64,000 nucleotides of DNA, taken from Tissierella sp. Its GTDB lineage: Bacteria > Bacillota > Clostridia > Tissierellales > Tissierellaceae. A program made the position numbers and the translations under genes. Under the pieces are notes generated by a model that was not told the origin of the DNA, made no database searches, and saw only the letters and a program-made list of their open reading frames with translations. The DNA is taken from contig JAAYGX010000065.1 in the NCBI GenBank assembly GCA_012735585.1, forward strand, positions 68 to 64,067, read 5' to 3'. Positions 37,412 to 45,762 of this stretch are shown one piece after another; position 1 is the stretch's first letter; each line of letters begins with the position of its first letter.

Positions 37412-38848
37412 ATGGTGATTAGTAAAGATATACAAAAAAATAAATTAAAAATATTAGAGCTTTTTTATAATTCTTCGGATATAGTTATCCGTGATTTTCA
37501 GACATTGTGTAATACTGAGGTAATGGTCTGTTATTTAAATGGATTCATAGACAAAGAAGCTTTAAATGACAATATATTGCAACCATTGATAGAAAACCTA
37601 TTGTCTCCTATGGATATTACAGATACGGTATATATAACTGAAATAAGAGAAATCACAAGCTATCAAGAGGCCATTACTGGAATTATAGAAGGTCATGTGG
37701 CTTTATTTCATGAGGATTTGGATAAGGCATTTATATTAAATCTATGTGATTATGAAAAAAGACCTGTTGAGGTATCAGGGTCAGAACAGGTTATAAGAGG
37801 GCCAAAGGAAGCTTTTATTGAAGATTTGCATGTAAATAAGACTTTAGTAAGAAGAAAGATAAGAAATAATAATTTAGTTTTTGAGGACTTTGTATTGGGG
37901 AAACATACAAATACAATAGTTTCTTTAGTATATGTTAAAGGGATAGTGAATGAGGAAATTTTAGCTGAATTAAAATCAAGAATAAAAGAAATAAAAACAG
38001 ATGCTGTACTGGATAGTAACTATATTGGTGAGTATATAGATGATACTCCAAATAGTTTTGTACCTACTGTATACAATACTGAAAAACCTGATGTCCTAGC
38101 GGGGAAGATACTAGAAGGAAGAATTGGTATTATATGCGATGGTTCGCCTAATGTTTTGACAGTACCCAAGATATTTATTGAGTGTTTGATGACAGCTGAA
38201 GACTATTACTTAAAGCCTATGCATGCTACCTACTTAAGGATCATTAGGGCAATTTGTTTAATTATAAGTGTTACATTAGAAGGGATATATATCGCACTGG
38301 CAAACTTTCATCAAGAGATGATACCTACACCATTGTTGATTTCAATGGCAGGACAGAGAGAGGGTGTTCCTTTAACAAGCTTTTTAGAAGCATTATTTAT
38401 GATAATGTTCTTTGAAATAATGAAGGAAGCGGGACTAAGGCTACCAAAGTCCATTGGTCACACAGTAACTCTTATAGGAGGATTAGTTATAGGTCAAGCA
38501 GCTGTAGATGCAGGGATCATTAGTGCAATCATGATTATAGTTGTATCAGCTACCGGTATTGCAGAATTTGTAAACCCTACTTTAAGGGAACTAATTGTGA
38601 TAAGTAGATTAATACTAATATTTTTTGGCGCTTTTCTTGGAATATATGGTATCGTCTGTGGGCTAATAGTTTTTGTATACTACCTTACAAGTATAAAATC
38701 CTTTGGGGTACCTTATCTATATCCTATAGCACCATATGATAAGAAAGGTATGAAGGACTTCATAATAAGAGCTCCTATTAAAAAAATGAACTGTAGACCT
38801 GAATATATTTCAAATAAGAACTCGAAAAAAAGGAATCGATCATTATGA
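37412..38848 (+). CDS. spore germination receptor A subunit (GerA/GerKA family)
   Basis: 478 aa GerA-family architecture: a soluble N-terminal domain and a C-terminal membrane domain (EQVIRGPKEAFIEDLHVN, GRIGIICDGSP). Confidence 0.9.
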   Translation: MVISKDIQKNKLKILELFYNSSDIVIRDFQTLCNTEVMVCYLNGFIDKEALNDNILQPLIENLLSPMDITDTVYITEIREITSYQEAITGIIEGHVALFHEDLDKAFILNLCDYEKRPVEVSGSEQVIRGPKEAFIEDLHVNKTLVRRKIRNNNLVFEDFVLGKHTNTIVSLVYVKGIVNEEILAELKSRIKEIKTDAVLDSNYIGEYIDDTPNSFVPTVYNTEKPDVLAGKILEGRIGIICDGSPNVLTVPKIFIECLMTAEDYYLKPMHATYLRIIRAICLIISVTLEGIYIALANFHQEMIPTPLLISMAGQREGVPLTSFLEALFMIMFFEIMKEAGLRLPKSIGHTVTLIGGLVIGQAAVDAGIISAIMIIVVSATGIAEFVNPTLRELIVISRLILIFFGAFLGIYGIVCGLIVFVYYLTSIKSFGVPYLYPIAPYDKKGMKDFIIRAPIKKMNCRPEYISNKNSKKRNRSL

Positions 38849-40065
38849 GATTTAAGAAGAAAATTATAATCCTTAATATTCTAGTTGTGACAGTATTATT
38901 AACTTCCTGTACTGGACTTCGAGAAGTAAATGATTTGGGTATTGTAACGACAACGGCTATAGATATGGATAATGGAGAGATTCTTCTTACCCATGAAGTT
39001 ATAGTGCCAGAATCCAATACATCCATTAGTACTGGAAGAGGTAATAATGTGGTCTATGTTCAAAGTAAAGGAAAAACCGTATTTGATGCCATTAGAAATG
39101 CAACTTTAATATTTGATAGAAAATTATTTTTAGCTCATAATAGAATATTCATATTAGGAGAAGAGTTTGCAAAGCAAGGCATTGGTGATTCTTTTAATTT
39201 TTATGTTTATGATAATGAACCAAGGGAGTCTGCTTATATTGTTGTGGCCAAGGACGCTAAAGGATATGATGTAATGGGTATCAATGGAGGATTAAGTGAT
39301 TCGCCTGGCAAATATCTTTTTGACATTATAGAAAATTATCAACTAAATTTAAAGTCAAGAGATTTTTCCTTAGTTGAGTTTTTAAGATACTATCTAAAAG
39401 ACGCGAATCCAGTAACGGCTGTAGTGGAGCATATTCAACAAAGAGAGATAAACAAAGAAGAAAGTCAATCAATTAAGGATAGCTTAAATGTTGTAGGTGG
39501 TGCAGCGTTTAAGGGGGATAGATTGATTGGATATTTTGATAGCGATGAAATGAAAGGGTTTAATTTTATTATAGATGAGTTTAAAAATGGCTTAATAGTA
39601 TTTGAAACACCGGATGAGCTAATGGAAGAATCAGAATTAATTGCAGATAGTGGAATATACACAGTGGTTGAAGTAAAAGATAGTTCAACTAAAAATAGAA
39701 TAGAAATAATTGATGAGGAGCTTCATTTAAAAATTGATGTAGATATAAAGGGAGTATTAATAGAAGATATGAAAGGATTAGAGGTTTCTAATAAGGATAT
39801 TCTCCATAGTGTAGAGTCATCCTGTTCAAATCAGGTGAAAAATCATATCCGTATGGCTATGGAGAAAGCACAGAAAGAATTTAAAACAGATTCATTCAGT
39901 ATAGGAAATCTAGTTCACATTAGATATCCCGATTTGTGGAGAGAGATTTCTGGTGATTGGGAAAGTGTATTTTCAGATTTAGAGTATACTGTCAATGTGA
40001 AAACGGACTTGGTGAGAACTGGGTTATTAAATGTTCCTATAAATATAAAAAAGGAGTTAAAATAG
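38845..40065 (+). CDS. spore germination receptor C subunit lipoprotein (Ger(x)C family)
   Basis: Signal peptide with lipobox LLTSC. GerC-family length and sequence style. The start overlaps the stop of the A subunit. Confidence 0.88.
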   Translation: MRFKKKIIILNILVVTVLLTSCTGLREVNDLGIVTTTAIDMDNGEILLTHEVIVPESNTSISTGRGNNVVYVQSKGKTVFDAIRNATLIFDRKLFLAHNRIFILGEEFAKQGIGDSFNFYVYDNEPRESAYIVVAKDAKGYDVMGINGGLSDSPGKYLFDIIENYQLNLKSRDFSLVEFLRYYLKDANPVTAVVEHIQQREINKEESQSIKDSLNVVGGAAFKGDRLIGYFDSDEMKGFNFIIDEFKNGLIVFETPDELMEESELIADSGIYTVVEVKDSSTKNRIEIIDEELHLKIDVDIKGVLIEDMKGLEVSNKDILHSVESSCSNQVKNHIRMAMEKAQKEFKTDSFSIGNLVHIRYPDLWREISGDWESVFSDLEYTVNVKTDLVRTGLLNVPINIKKELK

Positions 40066-40066
40066 A

Positions 40067-41182
40067 TTGAAAGAATGTATCACTTCAAAACAGATGGTAG
40101 CCTTAATTACACTAACAAGATTATCCACTGGTTTGTCAATAATGCCTACGATAGATATTCGTCCATATAATCAAGATATATGGATCATGATATTGGTTTC
40201 AATTATATATACCACGGCACTTATGACACCTTTACTTTTTTTGGCTAATAAATTTAGAAGTTCAACGATGATTGGATATTTCCAGATAATTTATGGGAAA
40301 TCCATAGGTAAAGTATTGGGATTTTTTTATGGTCTATATTTTCTTATTAATTCATTTAACACTGCTACCATTCAATCAGAGCTAATAGGTTCATCCATAC
40401 TTACAGACACGTCAGAAAGTTTAATAGTTATTGCCATGATGTTAACATGTATATATTGTGTGTCGAGGGGTACTATATCTGGTTTAAGGTCAGTAGAGGT
40501 ATTAGCACCTGTATCTTTAACTATAGTTATTATTTTGATGATGCTTGGTGTAAATAATTTTAAATATTATCTATTATTACCCATAATGGCGGATTCAACT
40601 ATATTAGATATCAATTTAGGGGCTATGGAATTATCAACATATTTTTCGGAGGTATTCTTTTTAACTATGTTTATACCATACTTAGAAAACAAGGATGATA
40701 TAAACAAGATCTTGGTAAAATCGGCGATATATTCCTTAGGCTTGTTAACAATTATTGTAATCATCTGTCAAATTATCTTTGGAGTTGAATATTTAAAACA
40801 CTCTAACTTTCCATTTTTAATTTATGCTAGATCCATAGATATATTCGATATAGTTGAAAGAATAGATTCGGTGGCAGTTGTTGCATGGTTGATAACTAGT
40901 ATATACAGAGTAAGTTCATTTTTGTTAATAAGTGTAGCAGCTTTTAGGGAAATATTTAATAAAAATAAAGATGAGAAAATCATACTACTGGTATTGGGCT
41001 TGATTTTAAGTTCAACAACCCTATATGCAGTAAATACCAGATCAGTTATAATTTCAAGAGGAGATATATTATTCCTTAAAAATATATTATTTGTTTTCTT
41101 TGTTGTAATAATTCCTTTGATTTCATGTATCGTCTATTTTATTAGAAGAAAATCTATTGAAGGTAAAGGCTCATACAATTAG
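40067..41182 (+). CDS. spore germination receptor B subunit (GerAB/APC-like permease)
   Basis: 371 aa, about 10 TM segments, N-terminus ITSKQMVALITLTRLSTG typical of GerB-type proteins. TTG start 1 nt after the gerC stop. Confidence 0.85.
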   Translation: MKECITSKQMVALITLTRLSTGLSIMPTIDIRPYNQDIWIMILVSIIYTTALMTPLLFLANKFRSSTMIGYFQIIYGKSIGKVLGFFYGLYFLINSFNTATIQSELIGSSILTDTSESLIVIAMMLTCIYCVSRGTISGLRSVEVLAPVSLTIVIILMMLGVNNFKYYLLLPIMADSTILDINLGAMELSTYFSEVFFLTMFIPYLENKDDINKILVKSAIYSLGLLTIIVIICQIIFGVEYLKHSNFPFLIYARSIDIFDIVERIDSVAVVAWLITSIYRVSSFLLISVAAFREIFNKNKDEKIILLVLGLILSSTTLYAVNTRSVIISRGDILFLKNILFVFFVVIIPLISCIVYFIRRKSIEGKGSYN

Positions 41183-41226
41183 CATTATAATAATTGGGTA
41201 ATAATGGGGATAGGAGGTGGATACTT

Positions 41227-41445
41227 ATGAATAAATTTAAGGATGCTAAGAAAGTAGGTTTAAGATCTAAATAAAGCGGGAAGTTGATAGTCGTATATCC
41301 ACATAATCTTAAAGAAACGGATGCAGGGACGGAAAAGGCTGTAAGGGATTGGTATTATCAAACAAGCTGTGGTGCTGAGAAAGAGCTTGGTTCAGCTTAT
41401 GTAGATATCGTAACCGATGAAGAAATCAAGTCAAGGAATTTGTAA
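41227..41445 (+). pseudogene. 72-codon small ORF interrupted by a single in-frame TAA (codon 16)
   Basis: A strong RBS AGGAGGTGG (41211-41219) precedes the ATG at 41227. The reading frame is MNKFKDAKKVGLRSK-TAA-SGKLIVVYPHNLKETDAGTEKAVRDWYYQTSCGAEKELGSAYVDIVTDEEIKSRNL-TAA. A terminator follows. Confidence 0.4.
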
Positions 41446-41469
41446 ATCATTCATGTTTTTCATGGTATT

Positions 41470-41511
41470 ACTCTGCCTCAATGGAAGTATTTAAGGGGCG
41501 GAGTCTTTTTA
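41470..41511 (+). terminator. rho-independent terminator
   Basis: ACTCTGCCTC (41470-41479) pairs with GGGGCGGAGT (41495-41504) using two G-U pairs, followed by CTTTTT. Confidence 0.65.
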
Positions 41512-41524
41512 TGGAAATAATAAC

Positions 41525-41554
41525 TTTACAAGATCAATACTTTTATGTTATACT
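41525..41554 (+). promoter_or_regulatory. promoter of the riboswitch-controlled operon
   Basis: TTTACA (41525-41530), 18 nt spacer, TGtTATACT extended -10 (41546-41554). Confidence 0.55.
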
Positions 41555-41594
41555 AATATAGATGAATTATACTCTAAAAATTATGAATTGAATA

Positions 41595-41767
41595 TCGCTG
41601 AATTCTAATAAGAAGCGGGGGAACCAATAAATCGGGGTGAATCCTATTACATAATAGGATGGGCTATTTTACCCTTTGGCCCTAATCCGACAGCTAACCT
41701 CGTAGGCGAAAAAAAGGGGAGTTAAATGTACTGAAAACAGACTATGGAACTCCATGGTTATTTTTTT
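41595..41767 (+). promoter_or_regulatory. c-di-AMP riboswitch (ydaO-yuaA class) with intrinsic terminator
   Basis: Hallmark blocks are present in order: closing helix TCGCT(41595-41599)/GGCGA(41705-41709), GCGGGGGAACCA, TCGGGGTGAATC, CCGACAGCTAACCTCGTAGGCG and AAGGGGAG. The terminator is ACTATGG-AACT-CCATGGT (41741-41758) plus TATTTTTTT. This matches my memory of the crystallised Thermoanaerobacter ydaO aptamer (..GGAGGAACC..GGGGUUAAUC..CCCGACAGCUAACUCCGGAGGCAAUAAAGGAAGGAG). Confidence 0.85.
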
Positions 41768-41826
41768 ACCCCAAATTTTGGTTTACATAATATATAGAGT
41801 AAATATTATTTGGAGAGGATGATATT

Positions 41827-42954
41827 ATGAAAAGAGAACTAACATATTGTGTAATAGGCGCTGGTAACGGTGGTGTTGCTATGGCGGGATATCTATCCAT
41901 GAACGGTTACAAAGTCAATCTATATAATAGGACTTTGGAGAAGATTTTACCTTTAATTAAAGAACCGATTATTCATTTGACAGGTGAAGAAAATGGATTT
42001 GGAGTCTTAAATAAAGTTACAAGTCATATCGGAGAAGCTATAGAAGATGTGGATATAATCATGGTAACAACACCCGCATTGGCCCATTATAACATTGCTA
42101 AGGAAATGGCCCCTTATTTAAAAGATGGTCAAATCATAGTATTAAATCCTGGGAGAACCGGCGGAGCTTTAGAAGTATATGAAACTTTATTAAAGACGAG
42201 AAAGAGAAACAATATAATTGTAGCTGAGGCACAGACATTTATATATGCAGCAAGATCGACTTCAATAAATAATGCTCATATATTTAAGTCAAAGAAAGAA
42301 GTATCCTTAGCGGCAATACCAGCAACAAAAACTGACTACGTAGTAGAACTTATCAACGAGGCATATCCTCAGTTTGTACCAGCAAAAGATGTTCTTGAAA
42401 CAAGCATCAACAACTATGGTGCAATATTTCATCCGGCACCGACCCTACTAAACAGTGGACACATAGAAAGATGTTCACCATTTGAATATTATATAGAAGG
42501 TATCACACCATCAATAGGAAATTTTTTAGAAAAAATGGATAGAGAAAGAATGGAACTAGGAAGATTACTTCAAGTAGATGCTATATCTGCTACTGACTGG
42601 CTATATGATAGCTATGGAGCAAAGGGAGATAGTATTTATGAAGCAATACAAAACAATCCTGGATACAGAGGTTTACAAGCGCCACAAGGCCTTTACAACA
42701 GGTATATTTATGAAGATGTACCTTGTAGTTTAGTTCCAATGGAATCTATGGCTGCTCTTTTTGGAATGAAAACTCCTGCCATATCATCAATGATAGATAT
42801 TGCTCAGATCATGACAAATAGGGACTTTAGAAGTGAAGGAAGAAGTGCTGAAAGATTAGGACTAGATGGATTATCTATAGCAGAAATGCATCTTCTAGCA
42901 AGAAAAGGTACAATTGTTAAAAGGAGATTTGATCGTTTTGACGAAGTGGTTTAA
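41827..42954 (+). CDS. NAD(P)-dependent opine (octopine/nopaline) dehydrogenase-family protein
   Basis: 375 aa with an N-terminal Rossmann motif (CVIGAGNGGVAMAGYL). Overall length and C-terminal helical-domain style match the opine dehydrogenase family. Confidence 0.8.
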   Translation: MKRELTYCVIGAGNGGVAMAGYLSMNGYKVNLYNRTLEKILPLIKEPIIHLTGEENGFGVLNKVTSHIGEAIEDVDIIMVTTPALAHYNIAKEMAPYLKDGQIIVLNPGRTGGALEVYETLLKTRKRNNIIVAEAQTFIYAARSTSINNAHIFKSKKEVSLAAIPATKTDYVVELINEAYPQFVPAKDVLETSINNYGAIFHPAPTLLNSGHIERCSPFEYYIEGITPSIGNFLEKMDRERMELGRLLQVDAISATDWLYDSYGAKGDSIYEAIQNNPGYRGLQAPQGLYNRYIYEDVPCSLVPMESMAALFGMKTPAISSMIDIAQIMTNRDFRSEGRSAERLGLDGLSIAEMHLLARKGTIVKRRFDRFDEVV

Positions 42955-43068
42955 TATAAATACGAATGAAGTTGGCTAAAAAAATTTCCCTATTTAGCCA
43001 ACTATCTTACATAATTAATAATACTGTGGGTATAGGATAATTATATTAAACTTAAAGGGAGTGTTTTG

Positions 43069-44331
43069 ATGAGTATAACCTTTGAACAAATGTCAAAGAT
43101 GAGAAGAGAGTTTCATCAAATTGCAGAGCCAGGTTGGCTAGAGTTTCAAACAACTATAAGGATAATAAATTACCTAAAATCCTATGGGTACGAAGATTTG
43201 GCATATGGAAGGGCAATACATGGAGAAAGAGTGGGGTTGCCGACTAAAAGCAAAATACAAGAGTATAAAAATAGTCTTTCTTTAGATGCGGATTATGATA
43301 TATCGGAAATCCTTGAAGGATATACTGGTGTAGTGGCAAGGCTTGATACTGGCAAAGAAGGGCCAACGATTGCTATGCGTTTTGATATTGATGCAAACGA
43401 TGTTGGGGAAACCCAGGATCAAGGACATATACCCAATAAAGAAGGATTTAGATCGAAAAATGACTTTGCTATGCATGCATGTGGTCATGACGGACATATA
43501 ACCATAGGGCTAACTATAGCAAAATGGCTAATTGATGAAAAAGAGAATTTAAAGGGCAAGTTTATAATAGTATTCCAACCTGCGGAAGAAGGCGTTCGTG
43601 GGGCTAAGAGTATGGTAGAGGCAGGAGTACTTGATGGTGCGGATTACTTTTTAGCAGGCCATATAGGACTTGGGGTGGAAAGTGGTGTACTAGGTCTTGG
43701 TACTGTAGGATTTTTAGCTACATCAAAACTTGATGTATATTTTGAAGGGGTTTCATCCCATGCAGGTGCGGCACCGGAATTGGGAAAAAATGCATTATTA
43801 GCAGCGGCTTCTTGTGCTTTAAATCTTCATACTTTGACTCAATTTGCTTCAGGTATGACTAGACTGAATGTAGGAACTTTAAATGCAGGTTCGGGAAGAA
43901 ATGTAGTTCCAGCAAATGCAATGATGCAAATCGAGACTAGAGGGGAAAATGAAGAGGTAAATGAAGCTTTAAGAAAGAAAGTAAACAAGGTAATTGAAGG
44001 CACAGCCAAGACCTTTGATGTTGAGCACAGGGTGGTTGAAGCAGGTAGTGCACCAGCATACAATACTTATGATAAAGAATTTGTAGGTAAGGTATCACAA
44101 TATTTAAAAGAAAATGGTTTTATAATCGACATAGCCAGATCTCTAGGTGGATCTGAAGATGTGACATATATGATGAATGAAGTAGAGAATAATGGTGGGA
44201 AAGCCCTTCATTTTATGTATGGCACTACACTAGCTGCAGCTCATCATAATAACAAATTTGACTATGAAGAAGAAACTTTGGAAATGGCATTGAACGCCCT
44301 TAAAAAGACGGTTGAATTGTTGTTAAAATAA
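43069..44331 (+). CDS. M20-family amidohydrolase/peptidase (AbgA-like)
   Basis: About 420 aa with metal-ligand regions (MHACGHDGH, FQPAEEGVRGA). ATG 43069 lies 7 nt after GGGAG. Confidence 0.85.
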   Translation: MSITFEQMSKMRREFHQIAEPGWLEFQTTIRIINYLKSYGYEDLAYGRAIHGERVGLPTKSKIQEYKNSLSLDADYDISEILEGYTGVVARLDTGKEGPTIAMRFDIDANDVGETQDQGHIPNKEGFRSKNDFAMHACGHDGHITIGLTIAKWLIDEKENLKGKFIIVFQPAEEGVRGAKSMVEAGVLDGADYFLAGHIGLGVESGVLGLGTVGFLATSKLDVYFEGVSSHAGAAPELGKNALLAAASCALNLHTLTQFASGMTRLNVGTLNAGSGRNVVPANAMMQIETRGENEEVNEALRKKVNKVIEGTAKTFDVEHRVVEAGSAPAYNTYDKEFVGKVSQYLKENGFIIDIARSLGGSEDVTYMMNEVENNGGKALHFMYGTTLAAAHHNNKFDYEEETLEMALNALKKTVELLLK

Positions 44332-44351
44332 TAAATCATATATAAATAAAA

Positions 44352-44392
44352 AGGACTATTTCCATTTTTGGAATAGTCCTTAAGTATTTTTA
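44352..44392 (+). terminator. rho-independent terminator
   Basis: AGGACTATTTCCA tttt TGGAATAGTCCT, followed by T-rich sequence. Confidence 0.75.
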
Positions 44393-44464
44393 TGTCATCC
44401 TGAGCTTTTGCGAAGGATCTCATGTTACCAATATCCAGGATCCTTCGCCTTGCTCAGGATGACA
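44393..44464. repeat. nested-palindrome intergenic repeat, copy 3 (best preserved)
   Basis: TGTCATCCTGAGCTTTTGCGAAGGATC tcatgttaccaatatccag GATCCTTCGCCTTGCTCAGGATGACA. 13-bp outer and 10-bp inner stems. Lies between convergent genes. Confidence 0.85.
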
Positions 44465-44475
44465 AAATGAAATGT

Positions 44476-45663
44476 TTATTCATTTAAGAAATCTATTGCA
44501 CCTGATACTAATGTTTTTATTCCTACTGGTATGCACCCTTCATCTACGACTAAATTTGGATTGTGAACAGTAGTTTTACCTTTATTCATTTCTGATTCCA
44601 TACCTAGCCAATAGAATACAGATGGTACAAGTTTGGTAAATTCAGAGAAGTCCTCTCCACCTGAAGCGGGTTGGCTTGGGATCACAACATTTTGCTCTCC
44701 AATTGCATCCTTAAAATATCCGATAAATTTAGTAGCCAATTCTTCATCATTTACAGTTGCAGAATATCCCTCAACATATTCCACATCACACTCTGCTCCC
44801 AAAGCCATAGCCACATTTTCTGCAATAGCCTTAATTCTAGTAGGCATTATAGCGGAGATTTCAGGATTAAATGTTCGAACTGTCCCTTCTAGAACCACCT
44901 TATCACAAGTAACATTATACCTACTTCCACCGTGTATAGTGCCTATGGTAACAACGGCACTTTCCATAGGATCTACATTTCTGCTTATAACTGTTTGAAG
45001 AGCGGTTATTATATGACCTGCAGTAACAATTGCATCTACACCGTTGTGGGGTTGGGATGCGTGGGATGATTTACCCTTTACAGTTATAAATATTCTATCG
45101 GATTGGGCCATCATAGTAGAAGTTCTTATACCTACTTTACCCAGTGGAAGATTCCATACATGAAGTGCTACAGCTGCATCTACCTTAGGGTTTTCAAGAA
45201 CTCCATCTTCTATCATATATCTTGCTCCACCAGTGGGATTGGCCTCTTCTGCTGGTTGGAAAACAAATTTTATATTGCCTTTGATTTCATCCTTAAGCTC
45301 TGATAATACCTTGGCGGCTCCTAAAAGTATTGCAGTGTGGACATCATGACCACAGGCATGCATCATACCAGGTACTTTTGATTTAAAAGGTAAATCAGTA
45401 AGCTCATCCATTGGCAGGCAGTCCATATCTGCTCTTAGAAGTATAGTTTTACCAGGTTTTTTACCTCTTAATAGGCCAACTACACCCATTTTTCCTATTT
45501 TATCTTGAACCTCAAGACCTAGTTTTTCTAACTGGGCCTTTACTAAAGCTGATGTTCTTACTTCTTCCATACCTATTTCAGGGTATTGGTGTATATCTCT
45601 TCTGATTTCAATAATATCATTTAAATATTTTTCGATTAACGTATCTAAGTTATTTGTCACCAC
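44476..45663 (-). CDS. M20D-family amidohydrolase (N-acyl-amino-acid / hippurate hydrolase-like)
   Basis: 395 aa: IRRDIHQYPEIGMEE, MHACGHDVHTA, FQPAEE. GTG start after GAGGAGG. Confidence 0.88.
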   Translation of the reverse strand: MVTNNLDTLIEKYLNDIIEIRRDIHQYPEIGMEEVRTSALVKAQLEKLGLEVQDKIGKMGVVGLLRGKKPGKTILLRADMDCLPMDELTDLPFKSKVPGMMHACGHDVHTAILLGAAKVLSELKDEIKGNIKFVFQPAEEANPTGGARYMIEDGVLENPKVDAAVALHVWNLPLGKVGIRTSTMMAQSDRIFITVKGKSSHASQPHNGVDAIVTAGHIITALQTVISRNVDPMESAVVTIGTIHGGSRYNVTCDKVVLEGTVRTFNPEISAIMPTRIKAIAENVAMALGAECDVEYVEGYSATVNDEELATKFIGYFKDAIGEQNVVIPSQPASGGEDFSEFTKLVPSVFYWLGMESEMNKGKTTVHNPNLVVDEGCIPVGIKTLVSGAIDFLNE

Positions 45664-45675
45664 GCGTCCTCCTCG

Positions 45676-45728
45676 TTAAAAAGAATAGGAAAGTTCTATT
45701 CTTAAAATTAAATAGTATAGAACTTTCC
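45676..45728 (-). terminator. terminator or attenuator between abgT-like and M20 genes
   Basis: On the minus strand, GGAAAGTTCTAT ... ATAGAACTTTCC forms a 12-bp stem followed by TATTCTTTTT. Confidence 0.6.
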
Positions 45729-45762
45729 ATAAGTTTTAAATTTACTTCAATAGAAGCTTTTC

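Noticed and set aside
37412-41182. The A-C-B gene order of the germinant receptor operon, considered as an anomaly relative to the B. subtilis gerA A-B-C order.
   Set aside because: To my knowledge, alternative subunit orders are common among clostridial ger loci. All three subunits look intact and translationally coupled, so this is ordinary variation.
41595-41723. First impression of a cobalamin riboswitch, because of GGGAACC...GGGGTGAATCC.
   Set aside because: There is no B12-box-like GCCACTG element. The downstream block CCGACAGCTAACCTCGTAGGCG...GGGGAG and the pseudo-symmetric layout match the ydaO/c-di-AMP class instead, and a second copy precedes an opuA operon.
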